Assembly: GCA_045603205.1 (NCBI GenBank)
Contig: JAZULS010000093.1
Coordinates: forward strand, 1-46,831
Length of the DNA stretch: 46,831 nucleotides
Origin: Eubacteriales bacterium
Lineage (GTDB): Bacteria; Bacillota; Clostridia; Oscillospirales; CAG-272
Direction: 5' to 3'
In this document: positions 15,089 to 24,087 of the stretch, one piece after another
How the letters are laid out: the number at the start of each line of letters is the position of its first letter
Numbering within the stretch: position 1 is the stretch's first letter
Made by a program: the position numbers and the translations under genes
Notes under the pieces: model-generated
Database searches by the model: none
What the model saw: the letters and a program-made list of their open reading frames with translations, nothing else
What the model was told of the DNA's origin: nothing

Positions 15089-15122
15089 GATTTTTATCCT
15101 CCTTGCTTTTGTAGCAAATTAA

Positions 15123-15575
15123 TTATTTCTCAAGATCTGCAATGAGATCGATTCTTCTCTGGTGCTTTCCGCCCTCAAAGCCGGTGTCAACGAAAACGTC
15201 AACAAGCTCGACAGCAAGGCCTTCGCCTACAACTCTCGCGCCAAGGCAGAGAACGTTTGCGTCGTTATGGAGACGTGTGTAACGTGCGCTGAAAATGTCG
15301 GAACAGCAAGCCGCGCGAATACCCTTCAGCTTGTTGGCAGCCATGCTCATGCCGATTCCCGTGCCGCAGCAGAGAATAGTGAGATCAGCTACGCCGTCCA
15401 GTACCTTGCAGCAGCCTGAAACAGCGAAATCGGGATAGTCACAGCTCTCGGTGGAGTTTGTTCCGCAGTCGATGCAATCAAAGCCTCTCTCGTTGAGATG
15501 CTTCAGGAGTGCTTCCTTCAAGGGGTAGCCTGCGTGGTCGGAAGCGAGAGCGATAGTCTTTTTTGTTGTGCTCAT
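15123..15575 (-). CDS. rpiB: Ribose-5-phosphate isomerase B (RpiB/LacA/LacB family)
   Basis: 150 aa with IALASDHAGYPLKE, CGTGIGMS and a C-terminal GGKHQRR. Confidence 0.85.
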   Translation of the reverse strand: MSTTKKTIALASDHAGYPLKEALLKHLNERGFDCIDCGTNSTESCDYPDFAVSGCCKVLDGVADLTILCCGTGIGMSMAANKLKGIRAACCSDIFSARYTRLHNDANVLCLGARVVGEGLAVELVDVFVDTGFEGGKHQRRIDLIADLEK

Positions 15576-15620
15576 AGAAAAGTTTCCTTTCGTATGTAAA
15601 CTCGGGTGTGCCGAGCAAAT

Positions 15621-16355
15621 TCACTTTGTTTTTTCTTCAAGTTCTCTTTCGGCCTGAGCCTTTCGGAGATATATTGGCACGAGAGCTTCTCCCGTGTATT
15701 TTGCCTTGTCGTCGCTTGCTTCAAATTCTGCAAGACCGCAGAGCGCGGTACCGAAACCGCTGGCTTTTGCAAACTCTTCGGGAGTCTCTGCAAGACATAC
15801 TCCGTCGATACTGCTGAATTTTGACTTGGCGGCATCTACGCAGTCACCTGTGAAATATAGGTTCAGTGAGCCAAGATCTTCTGTAGCCATTACGTCCTTA
15901 ACTCTCGCAGAAATCTCGTCAAGAGACCAAAGAGAGTCATCGGTAAGCCTTTTTATATTGCCGGCACCATCGGTGTAAAAAAGGGCAGAGTAAGCGTTGC
16001 CGCGACGTGCGTTGACCACGGGACAGACGAGGCATTTTTTACCTTTAAACTGATATGCCATGGCCTCAAGGGAAGAAACTCCGATGCAGGGAATGGAGAA
16101 TGGCGCCGCCAGACCCTTAGCGGTGGCTACACCGATTCTGACACCCGTGAATGAGCCCGGACCGCCTGAACAAGCAATGAGAGACAGGTCACTCACAGTG
16201 ATATTTGCTTTTTTTAACAGATCTTCGATAGCGGGAAGGAGAGTCGTGCTGTGGGATGTAGCATTTTCCTCGGAATAGTCACAAACGAGGCTTCCGTCTT
16301 TAAGTAATGCCGCAGTGACGGTAGAGGTAGTAGAGTCAAATCCTAAGGTCCACAT
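15621..16355 (-). CDS. tsaB: tRNA t6A37 biosynthesis protein TsaB
   Basis: The GPGSFTGVRIGVATAKG motif is present. It overlaps tsaE by 20 nt. Confidence 0.85.
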   Translation of the reverse strand: MWTLGFDSTTSTVTAALLKDGSLVCDYSEENATSHSTTLLPAIEDLLKKANITVSDLSLIACSGGPGSFTGVRIGVATAKGLAAPFSIPCIGVSSLEAMAYQFKGKKCLVCPVVNARRGNAYSALFYTDGAGNIKRLTDDSLWSLDEISARVKDVMATEDLGSLNLYFTGDCVDAAKSKFSSIDGVCLAETPEEFAKASGFGTALCGLAEFEASDDKAKYTGEALVPIYLRKAQAERELEEKTK

Positions 16356-16800
16356 TTTTAAAGGCCTCCGTATCGGGGAATTTAAAGCTTATTTCGCGGG
16401 AGGTGTCTCCACACTTTTCTATGTTTACCGAAACAGTGTCAATGGGCAGCTCACCCTCGATCTTTTCGCACCATTCGGCAATACAGATGCCTCCGTCCAC
16501 ACAGTCGTCGTAGCCAATACCCTCAAGCTCGAGAGTGCTGTTTATTCTGTAAAAGTCGAAGTGATAAACAGGAACGTTTCCGCTGAGATATTGATTTACA
16601 ATAGTGTAAGAGGGGCTTTTTACGCGGCTTTTAGGTGCAAGGACAGACGCCATACCTTTTGTGAATACGGTCTTGCCTGCGCCGAGATCCCCATAGACCG
16701 CTATAAAAGCACGGGGTAAGTTGTTCTCTTTTATATACTTGCCGAGTGCGGCGCCCAGTGCAAACGTGTCTGAGTCTGAGCTTGTAAGAAATTTGATCAT
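16336..16800 (-). CDS. tsaE: tRNA t6A37 biosynthesis ATPase TsaE
   Basis: P-loop GDLGAGKTVFTKG, SPSYTIVNQY and HFDFYR. Confidence 0.85.
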   Translation of the reverse strand: MIKFLTSSDSDTFALGAALGKYIKENNLPRAFIAVYGDLGAGKTVFTKGMASVLAPKSRVKSPSYTIVNQYLSGNVPVYHFDFYRINSTLELEGIGYDDCVDGGICIAEWCEKIEGELPIDTVSVNIEKCGDTSREISFKFPDTEAFKNVDLRI

Positions 16801-16837
16801 TTTGAGGATATGCCTTCCGTTGATTTTAAGTAATTGT

Positions 16838-17299
16838 TTAATAGGGGTGTTTTACGTGGCCTTTATCAGTTATCACCGTGTAATCAAAATCCGACACCAC
16901 GTAGTGACCGAGAAAGTTCACTTTAGTACCGTTAAACTTTCGGTAGAGGAGGTTTGTTGTAGCCATGTCCTCAAAGGACGGCGTGGTCGGATTGCCGTAG
17001 TGATTGTGCGCTATGATGAAGCTTACGATACGTTTGTCCTTCAGGGCATTTGTAATGGCTTCCGATACGGTGGAGCTGGCCATAACACCTGCTTTTTTCA
17101 GCTTTACGGTAGAGACCACTCGATGCTTTTTGTCGAGAAATACGGCAAAGGCGTATCCTGCCTTCATTGGCTCGAACAGAAAAGACAGATAGTAGCCGAT
17201 GGCACTTTCGGAATCCAGAGTGGTGACTCTTTCTGATTCAGCGAGGCAGAAGATCTCCGAAATGTGGTTTTTTAATCCGTTTTCGTTGTTATATGACAT
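16838..17299 (-). CDS. RadC-like JAB/MPN-domain protein (stand-alone, no HhH N-domain)
   Basis: FAVFLDKKHRVV...AHNHYGNPTTPSFED matches the RadC JAMM pattern HxHx7Sx2D. At 153 aa it is shorter than canonical RadC. Its ATG overlaps the 3' end of the hemolysin III gene by 11 nt. Confidence 0.65.
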   Translation of the reverse strand: MSYNNENGLKNHISEIFCLAESERVTTLDSESAIGYYLSFLFEPMKAGYAFAVFLDKKHRVVSTVKLKKAGVMASSTVSEAITNALKDKRIVSFIIAHNHYGNPTTPSFEDMATTNLLYRKFNGTKVNFLGHYVVSDFDYTVITDKGHVKHPY

Positions 17300-17963
17300 A
17301 GAAGAAGATGCAAAGGAAGTGCATTACGCTTGCGAGGACTACGAAAAGGTGGAATACAGAGTGAATATACTTTACTTTCTTTCCGAATCCGTAGAACACA
17401 GCACCTATAGTGTACATAATTCCTCCTCCGAGAAGAAGTGCGGAACCCATAGCGCCAAGCTCACGGAAAAGCGGACCTGCCGTGAAGACTACACACCAAC
17501 CCATGCAGATATAGCAGATCATGGAAAATACGCGGTATTTCTTTAGATCAATAGCTGTCAGAGTTACAGCTAAAGCCGCAATTCCCCAGATGCAGCCGAA
17601 GATGCCCCAACCGATGTAGGGATTGATCTCGCGGAGGGTACACAGAGTGAAGGGCGTGTAGGTTCCGGCGATCATAAAGTAGATAGTGCAGTGGTCAAGT
17701 ACCTGAAGCACCTTCTTGGCACCCACGTGTGTAACTCCGTGGTAAACACTTGACATTGTAAAAAGGGATATAACGGAAGCACCGTAGACAGCGCTGCCCA
17801 CAACACCCCACACGTTGCCCTTCAGCGCCGCGAAGATTACGCAAAGTGTCAGATAAACGACACCAAGACCTCCTCCGACGATATGGGAGACCATATTGAA
17901 GACCTCTTCTCCCTTAGTATAGTCGGGAAGAATACGGTCAATAAGTTTTGTTCTTTTTGCCAT
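17289..17963 (-). CDS. Hemolysin III / PAQR-family membrane protein
   Basis: Seven predicted TM segments with conserved His residues (SHIVGG, YHG, HLFV). The likely start is MAKRTKLIDR at 17963, which removes the overlap with fbp. Confidence 0.8.
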   Translation of the reverse strand: MAKRTKLIDRILPDYTKGEEVFNMVSHIVGGGLGVVYLTLCVIFAALKGNVWGVVGSAVYGASVISLFTMSSVYHGVTHVGAKKVLQVLDHCTIYFMIAGTYTPFTLCTLREINPYIGWGIFGCIWGIAALAVTLTAIDLKKYRVFSMICYICMGWCVVFTAGPLFRELGAMGSALLLGGGIMYTIGAVFYGFGKKVKYIHSVFHLFVVLASVMHFLCIFFYVI

Positions 17964-17991
17964 AGAAAAAAGTACCTTGCTGATAAAAATA

Positions 17992-19926
17992 TTAAACTTT
18001 CTCGGAAATCTTTCCGCTTCTGTAGGCTTCAATGAGACGCTTTAAGTCTTCCGCCTCCTCAAAAAGCTCAATTCCGCGGTCGGTATCTGAAACGTTAAAG
18101 CGGCGGTCAAGCTTTTCCACGATGCGAATGTCAGGGGTTTTGAAAACTCCGTCTTCCGCAGGTCTGTGCTCCGCAAGCTGGAGAGAGTGCGAGTCGTAGA
18201 TAAGAGTATATCCTGCAATTCCCGTCTTTACGCGGTAGGCTTTGGAGATACCTCCGTCGATAACGAAGAGTCTGCCCCCTGCTTTAACGGGACTTTCTCC
18301 TTCCTTCTGGTTTACGGGAACGTGACCGTTGATAATGTGACCCTTGTCGGGATCAAGAGAGAATTCAGCAAGAATCTTCTTGCATACGTCTTCGCTTTGG
18401 CTGAGAGTATAGTAGTTGTCAAATACCTCTTTAGCCTCAGGAATGTTGCTTCCGATGAAGGTGCGTTCGAAGAAGGCAAGTCTCGTCTTGCCGAAAAGGG
18501 GAGAATCCTTTCCGCACCACAGATACCACATATAATCACAAGCGTCACTTTGGTCCTTTGATCCGTAGGGAGCAAAATACGCATTTCTGATAACGCGGTC
18601 GATCTTGTCAAGAAGCTCTTTTCCGGCGGCAGCTCCGTCGGGAGTTACCACGCTTCTGAAGGAGCCGTCCTCGTTCATTGGCACACATCCGTGATAGAGA
18701 ACGTTGCCGTTGTAGACCTTGTACATAGATCCATGGGAATAAAGGAATCTTATATGCTCGTTTAAGAGACGGCTGTGGTGGAAGGAGTTTTTTAGTACCC
18801 CCACAAGCTCAGTTTCGGCATCTGTCAGTTTCAGCGGGTCGTCCGGATCAACGGTAGGGAAGTTGCAGTCAAGGAGATTATACGTGCAGTCCCCGATCTT
18901 GATGCTACCCGACTTGAAATCGACTGCTTCAAAAACGGCACGGTCTGCCATATTGTATTCGGGATGACGTGCGATGATCTGACCCTCAAGCTTTAACTGG
19001 ATCACGGCGATGGCTTTGTGCATCTTCGCGGTAAGGGAGCTGTCGATAACGTCGTATTTTATGTCGTCGAGGGTCTTTGGCATAAAGAGCTCGCAGTCAT
19101 CGTCAGCGTAGGTCTCAGCAGCAAATACAGAGAGGGGACGCAGATTAAGCCCGTATCCGTCCTCAAGAACGTCAAGGCTGTTGTAGCTGAGGGCAATGCG
19201 AATAACGTTGGCGATAAGAGCCGGATTGCCCGATGCAGCACCCATCCAGGAAACGTCGTGATTTCCCCATTGGAAGTCGATGTGCTTGTATTTCTGAAGC
19301 TCGTTCATGATCTTATCGGCTCTCGGACCGCGATCAAAAATATCGCCAATGATGTGGAGCCGTCCTACGGTGAGAGAACGGATAAGAGAAGCCAGAGCGA
19401 TTATGAAGTCGTCGGCAATATCCGTTTCGATAACGGTTTTGATGATCTCCTCGTAGTAAAAATCACGGTTAACGTCGTCCGTTACGTTAAGCAGTTCGTC
19501 AAGCACATATCCGAAGCTTTCGGGCATCTTGCTTCTGACAGCTGAACGGGTATACTTTGCGGAAACGGTCTTACAGACAAGGATCATGCGGTAAATGGTG
19601 AGACATCTCCACTCGTCGCAAAGCCCCTGTTGCCTTTCGAGATCTTTGATGTAGTGGGCAGGATAGTAGATAAGACGGGCGAGCTCCTCTCGATCAGTAG
19701 CGGAAACGCTCTTTGAGAATATCTCGTCGATCTTAAATTTTATCATACCCGACGCACTTCTGAGCTGATATAAGAAAGACTCATGCTCTCCGTGTATGTC
19801 ACTGAAAAAGTACTCAGTAGCTTTGGGGAGAGTTCTTTTTGCGTTGAGGCTTATAATTTTGGCTGCCGCAGAATGAACGGTAGGGTAAACTTCCGAGAGC
19901 ACGGAAAGATATTTGTCGTTTTTCAA
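17992..19926 (-). CDS. fbp: Fructose-1,6-bisphosphatase, class 3
   Basis: 644 aa with metallophosphoesterase motifs SDIHGEH, GDIFDRGP and GNHD. The N-terminus matches the Firmicute class 3 enzyme. TTG start, 9 nt after GGAGG. Confidence 0.9.
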   Translation of the reverse strand: MKNDKYLSVLSEVYPTVHSAAAKIISLNAKRTLPKATEYFFSDIHGEHESFLYQLRSASGMIKFKIDEIFSKSVSATDREELARLIYYPAHYIKDLERQQGLCDEWRCLTIYRMILVCKTVSAKYTRSAVRSKMPESFGYVLDELLNVTDDVNRDFYYEEIIKTVIETDIADDFIIALASLIRSLTVGRLHIIGDIFDRGPRADKIMNELQKYKHIDFQWGNHDVSWMGAASGNPALIANVIRIALSYNSLDVLEDGYGLNLRPLSVFAAETYADDDCELFMPKTLDDIKYDVIDSSLTAKMHKAIAVIQLKLEGQIIARHPEYNMADRAVFEAVDFKSGSIKIGDCTYNLLDCNFPTVDPDDPLKLTDAETELVGVLKNSFHHSRLLNEHIRFLYSHGSMYKVYNGNVLYHGCVPMNEDGSFRSVVTPDGAAAGKELLDKIDRVIRNAYFAPYGSKDQSDACDYMWYLWCGKDSPLFGKTRLAFFERTFIGSNIPEAKEVFDNYYTLSQSEDVCKKILAEFSLDPDKGHIINGHVPVNQKEGESPVKAGGRLFVIDGGISKAYRVKTGIAGYTLIYDSHSLQLAEHRPAEDGVFKTPDIRIVEKLDRRFNVSDTDRGIELFEEAEDLKRLIEAYRSGKISEKV

Positions 19927-20123
19927 AATTTTAAACCTCCGAAATTTAATTTAAACACAATCATACAAAGTAATTATAATATAAAATTCCTTATATGTCA
20001 AAGGTTAGTTTAAACACTTTACAAAAAATATTCAATTAGAAAAACTATTTTCAAAATACTTCTCAACCGAAGTGTATCTTCATATCAATACAAAGAGCAT
20101 ATTCCTGCGTTGGGAGGTAAATT

Positions 20124-21692
20124 TTGAGTAAGCTTAAACATTTTATACTAAGTGCGGGACTCTTGTCCGGCGTGAATATTATTCTCAGATGTGTTGCCGT
20201 AAGCTTTAATGCCTACGTTTCCGCAAAAATAGGTACGGAGAGCCTTGGACTTTTCACACTTGTGATGAGCGTTTACGGACTGGCGGTGACAATTGCCACG
20301 TCGGGAGTAAATCTTTCGGCGGTGAAACTGACAGCAGAACGACTTGCGCCTCTGCTTCAAAGCGGAGCGAGTCCTGCCCAGTACAGAAAGAGCATGAGAG
20401 GGGTAGTTTACAAGTGCGTACTCTACAGTCTGGCGTTCAGCGTTGTTGCCGGACTTGCACTGTACTTCGGCTCGGATTTTATAGGGGTACATCTTCTTGG
20501 AGACATACGAACAATACTCTCACTCAGAGTTCTTTCCTTCAGTCTGCCTGCAATATCCGTCACCGCCGCCCTGTCGGGATATTTCACGGGAGTCAGAAAG
20601 GTCTATAAAAACGCTTCTTCTGCTGTTTTGGAACAGGCGATGAAGATAGTTCTCACCTCGGGTGCCTTAGCTCTCAGTATTCCCGTGCTAACCGAGAAGG
20701 TGGAGTATTCCTGCCTTGCCGTGGTGGGTGGCGCGGCTATAGCGGAGGCGTTTTCTCTCGTAGTCAACGCGGTGATGTATGTTTTCGATAATAAGCGCCC
20801 CTCGGGGGCACTTTTGTCAGATGGTACGGAGACTGTAAGGCGAACCAAGCTTAGAGAGGTGGGAGAGATTGCCCTTCCTGTAGCAGTTGGTGCTTACGCA
20901 AGACAGGGACTTTCCACCGCGGAACATCTTGCCATTCCTTGGGGTATGCGAAAAAGCGGTCTGGGCGGTGCTGACGCTCTTTCTACTTACGGAATACTGC
21001 AAGGAATGGTATTTCCGCTGATACTGTTTCCGTCAGCGGTACTGTCTTCAACTGCGGGACTGCTTATCCCCGAACTGACCGAAGCTCAAACCTTAGGTAA
21101 TTATAGACAGATCGAACGAATAATCAAACGTGTTCTCTCCATTACGGTATGCTTTGCGGTAGGATGCGCTCTTGCTTTTTTTGCTTTTTCAGAATTTCTC
21201 GGAGTCGGGGTCTACGGAAGTGCCGAGGCAGGAAAGTACATAAAATTCACGGCGGCGATGGTTCCCGTAATGTACCTTGATATGGCAACGGACGCGATGC
21301 TGAAAGGCCTCGGTGAACAGGTGTATTCTATGAGAGTCAATATAATCGACTCCGCTTCAAGCCTTATACTTGTGCTTATTCTTGTGCCAAAATTCGGTAT
21401 CGGGGGATATGTTGCCTCGGTCTACTTTTGCGAAGGGCTCAACTGTGTGCTCAGTATGCTGAGGCTGAAAAAAGTAACGAAAATCACGCTGGAGTTAAAG
21501 GGGAAATTGTTTTTCGCATTGCTGTGTGCCGTGATAAGTGCTTTTCTTACGGTTATCATTCCGCTTATGATGGACAAAAAAGGCCTTGAGTTACCAAGAC
21601 TTGTCCTTTGTATTTTGATTTACGTATTTTTATGCCTTTGCCTTAGTTCGCGAAGAAAAAATATTACAAATAATGTTGAAAAGGGAAGATAA
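20124..21692 (+). CDS. MOP-superfamily flippase of the SpoVB/YabM type
   Basis: 522 aa with ~14 TM segments and an N-terminal pattern like SpoVB. TTG start after GGGAGG. It lies upstream of tilS-hpt-ftsH, as in Bacillus-type synteny. Confidence 0.65.
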   Translation: MSKLKHFILSAGLLSGVNIILRCVAVSFNAYVSAKIGTESLGLFTLVMSVYGLAVTIATSGVNLSAVKLTAERLAPLLQSGASPAQYRKSMRGVVYKCVLYSLAFSVVAGLALYFGSDFIGVHLLGDIRTILSLRVLSFSLPAISVTAALSGYFTGVRKVYKNASSAVLEQAMKIVLTSGALALSIPVLTEKVEYSCLAVVGGAAIAEAFSLVVNAVMYVFDNKRPSGALLSDGTETVRRTKLREVGEIALPVAVGAYARQGLSTAEHLAIPWGMRKSGLGGADALSTYGILQGMVFPLILFPSAVLSSTAGLLIPELTEAQTLGNYRQIERIIKRVLSITVCFAVGCALAFFAFSEFLGVGVYGSAEAGKYIKFTAAMVPVMYLDMATDAMLKGLGEQVYSMRVNIIDSASSLILVLILVPKFGIGGYVASVYFCEGLNCVLSMLRLKKVTKITLELKGKLFFALLCAVISAFLTVIIPLMMDKKGLELPRLVLCILIYVFLCLCLSSRRKNITNNVEKGR

Positions 21693-21789
21693 GGATAGTA
21701 TAATATAAGGTAGCATTTATTGTTCCTTGAGTTTTTTCAGACTATTTGATAAAATAGACCTGTCAACGAAAATAATGAGGAATATGTAA

Positions 21790-22035
21790 ATGAAAAACGA
21801 AAATAAATTGTCAAACAGAGCATTTTTTGGGAAAGTTCAGAGGGGACTTTGGTTTTTCCTGTCCTTACTTGGAGTGTACATACTGTATGAGACTGTGGAT
21901 CTTATAGGCAATCCTTCTGCAAACCCCGGTATGTATATGATGATCCCCGAAATGGCGGAGCATCTGCTTGCGGGACTTATAATCGTCCTTGCGTTTTCTG
22001 CTGTGGTTGACCTTTTTGTTGACCGAGAAGTTTAA
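21790..22035 (+). CDS. Small two-TM membrane protein, function unknown
   Basis: 81 aa with two hydrophobic segments. Its stop lies 17 nt before the tilS ATG. No motif recognised. Confidence 0.45.
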   Translation: MKNENKLSNRAFFGKVQRGLWFFLSLLGVYILYETVDLIGNPSANPGMYMMIPEMAEHLLAGLIIVLAFSAVVDLFVDREV

Positions 22036-22052
22036 ATTTGGGAGAGGTGAAT

Positions 22053-23450
22053 ATGGAGCGTTTAATGAAAAAGTTTCGAGAATGCATTGATACCTTCGGC
22101 ATTCTCAATGCCATGCCGGAACTGAAGCGTGTGATCGTTGCCTTTTCGGGCGGCGCGGATTCAACTCTCCTGCTTCACCTTGCAGTAAAATATTTTGAAA
22201 ATACGGGAGTAACCGTTGAAGCAGCTCACATTAACCACATGATCCGCGGAGATGAAGCAGACAGAGACGAAGCTTTTTGCGTGGTAACGGCTGAAAGGCT
22301 TGGTGTGAAGCTTCACCTCAGGAGAGTCGATATTCCGTCCCTTGTAGAAAATGGATCCGGAGGCGTGGAGGAAGTTGCACGCAGGGAAAGATACGCTTTC
22401 TTTGACGAGCTTATCAAAGCGGGAGAGGGCAAAACTCTGGTTGCCACCGCTCACAACGCTGACGATAACCTGGAAACGGTCCTCTTTAACATGGCGAGGG
22501 GAACAGCCCTTCGCGGACTCTGCGGCATCCCACCGATTCGCGACGGAAAATTCATAAGACCGATGCTCGTTTTTACGGGTGATGAGATCAGATCAGCCTG
22601 CGCGGGACATGACATTCGTTATGTGAACGACAGCACCAATTTTGAAACGGAATATACCAGGAACTATATAAGAGCTGAGGTGGTACCTGCCCTTGAGAAG
22701 CTATCTCCGATGCTCAGTGCCCACGCTATGAAAATGTGCGCTTCTCTGAGACGGGATGAAGATTTCATATGTGCTGAGAGTAACCGTTTTCTTGATGGAG
22801 AAGACCTTCTCCTTGGCGTTGAGAACTTCAAACTGACTGCACTGCACGACGCTGTGCTTTCCCGTGTGATCTCCTCCATGTTCGAAGCAGTTGTGACGGG
22901 AACCGGGGCAAAGCTTGAAAGTGTGCACATAAATTCCATAATTACCGCTATCAGAGATAAAGAGATCCCCTTCAGTATAACAGTACCGGGAGGAGTAAAC
23001 TTTACGTCTGACGGCAGAAGATCACGGTTTGTTTCTTCCTTGGATGAGGATGCATCTGATATTGACAAAAGTGAAATTGAGCTTCCGTTTGATTCCGTTA
23101 TCACGAAAAACGGATATAATATCCTGATTTCACGGAATATTGAGGAAATAAAGCAGTACACAAAAGAAAATATTTACAATTTATCAATATACCAAGCCAT
23201 CAATTTTGATAAAATAAAAGGTAGTTTAAAAATCAGAACACGAGTCTCAGGCGACATTTATCGCTTCGGCGGAATGACACGAAAAGTAAAAAAGCTTTTC
23301 AGCGAGAGGCATCTTTCTTCAACCGAAAGAGAAACGCTTCCGTTATTTACCGATGACGATGGGATTGTGTGGATTCCGGGATTCCCTTTAAGGGACGCTC
23401 TGAAGTGCGATAATAGTTGCGATATAGTCTACTGTCTTGTGTTCAAATAA
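22053..23450 (+). CDS. tilS: tRNA(Ile)-lysidine synthase
   Basis: PP-loop SGGADS in VAFSGGADSTLLLH. ATG 22053 follows GGGAGAGG. The classic tilS-hpt-ftsH order is present. Confidence 0.9.
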   Translation: MERLMKKFRECIDTFGILNAMPELKRVIVAFSGGADSTLLLHLAVKYFENTGVTVEAAHINHMIRGDEADRDEAFCVVTAERLGVKLHLRRVDIPSLVENGSGGVEEVARRERYAFFDELIKAGEGKTLVATAHNADDNLETVLFNMARGTALRGLCGIPPIRDGKFIRPMLVFTGDEIRSACAGHDIRYVNDSTNFETEYTRNYIRAEVVPALEKLSPMLSAHAMKMCASLRRDEDFICAESNRFLDGEDLLLGVENFKLTALHDAVLSRVISSMFEAVVTGTGAKLESVHINSIITAIRDKEIPFSITVPGGVNFTSDGRRSRFVSSLDEDASDIDKSEIELPFDSVITKNGYNILISRNIEEIKQYTKENIYNLSIYQAINFDKIKGSLKIRTRVSGDIYRFGGMTRKVKKLFSERHLSSTERETLPLFTDDDGIVWIPGFPLRDALKCDNSCDIVYCLVFK

Positions 23451-23466
23451 TAATGACGAGGGAAAT

Positions 23467-24039
23467 ATGATCAACACTGAAAATTACGTACTTACAAAGG
23501 ATATAGACCGTATTCTCGTTTCCGAGGAGAAGATAGCGGAGGCTGTTGAAAAAATTGCGGCAGAAATCGACCGAGATGCTAAAAATAGCGGAAAGAAACT
23601 GCTTCTTTTGGGAATACTGAAGGGTAGTGTGGTTTTCATGGGCGATCTTATGAAGCAAATTACAACTCCCCTTGAGATCGACTTTATGAAGGTTTCTTCC
23701 TATGGAGCGGGCACCATCTCCACGGGACGAATCAATATCGTCCTTGACCTTGCGAGAAACGACCTGTCAGAGAGAGATATCGTAATCGTTGAAGACATTA
23801 TCGACAGCGGCAGAACACTGTCCTATCTTGTGGAATATCTCACTCTTAACGGAGCTCATTCCGTTAAGACCTGTACTCTCCTTGACAAGCCCTCGAGAAG
23901 AGTGGTTGATTTTGTTCCCGATTACGTAGGTTACGAGATTCCCGACGAGTTTGTTGTTGGATACGGTCTCGACTATGATGAACAGTACAGAGCGCTCCCC
24001 TTTGTCGGCGTGTTGAAGCCGTCTGTATATTCAAAGTGA
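23467..24039 (+). CDS. hpt: Hypoxanthine phosphoribosyltransferase
   Basis: PRPP motif VIVEDIIDSGRTL. ATG 23467 follows GAGGG. The track N-terminal extension overlaps the end of tilS. Confidence 0.9.
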   Translation: MINTENYVLTKDIDRILVSEEKIAEAVEKIAAEIDRDAKNSGKKLLLLGILKGSVVFMGDLMKQITTPLEIDFMKVSSYGAGTISTGRINIVLDLARNDLSERDIVIVEDIIDSGRTLSYLVEYLTLNGAHSVKTCTLLDKPSRRVVDFVPDYVGYEIPDEFVVGYGLDYDEQYRALPFVGVLKPSVYSK

Positions 24040-24087
24040 CAGGGGCAGATAAAAACGTAAAGCACAGAAAGGCATGGTCTCATTTGA

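Noticed and set aside
19953-20015. The direct repeat TTTAAACAC (about 19953 and 20007) and a CATACA element upstream of the SpoVB/YabM-type gene, as possible sporulation-sigma promoter or regulator sites
   Set aside because: These are short AT-rich 9-mers in AT-rich spacer DNA. The spacing to any -35 or -10 partner is unconvincing, so I cannot tell them apart from chance without comparative data.
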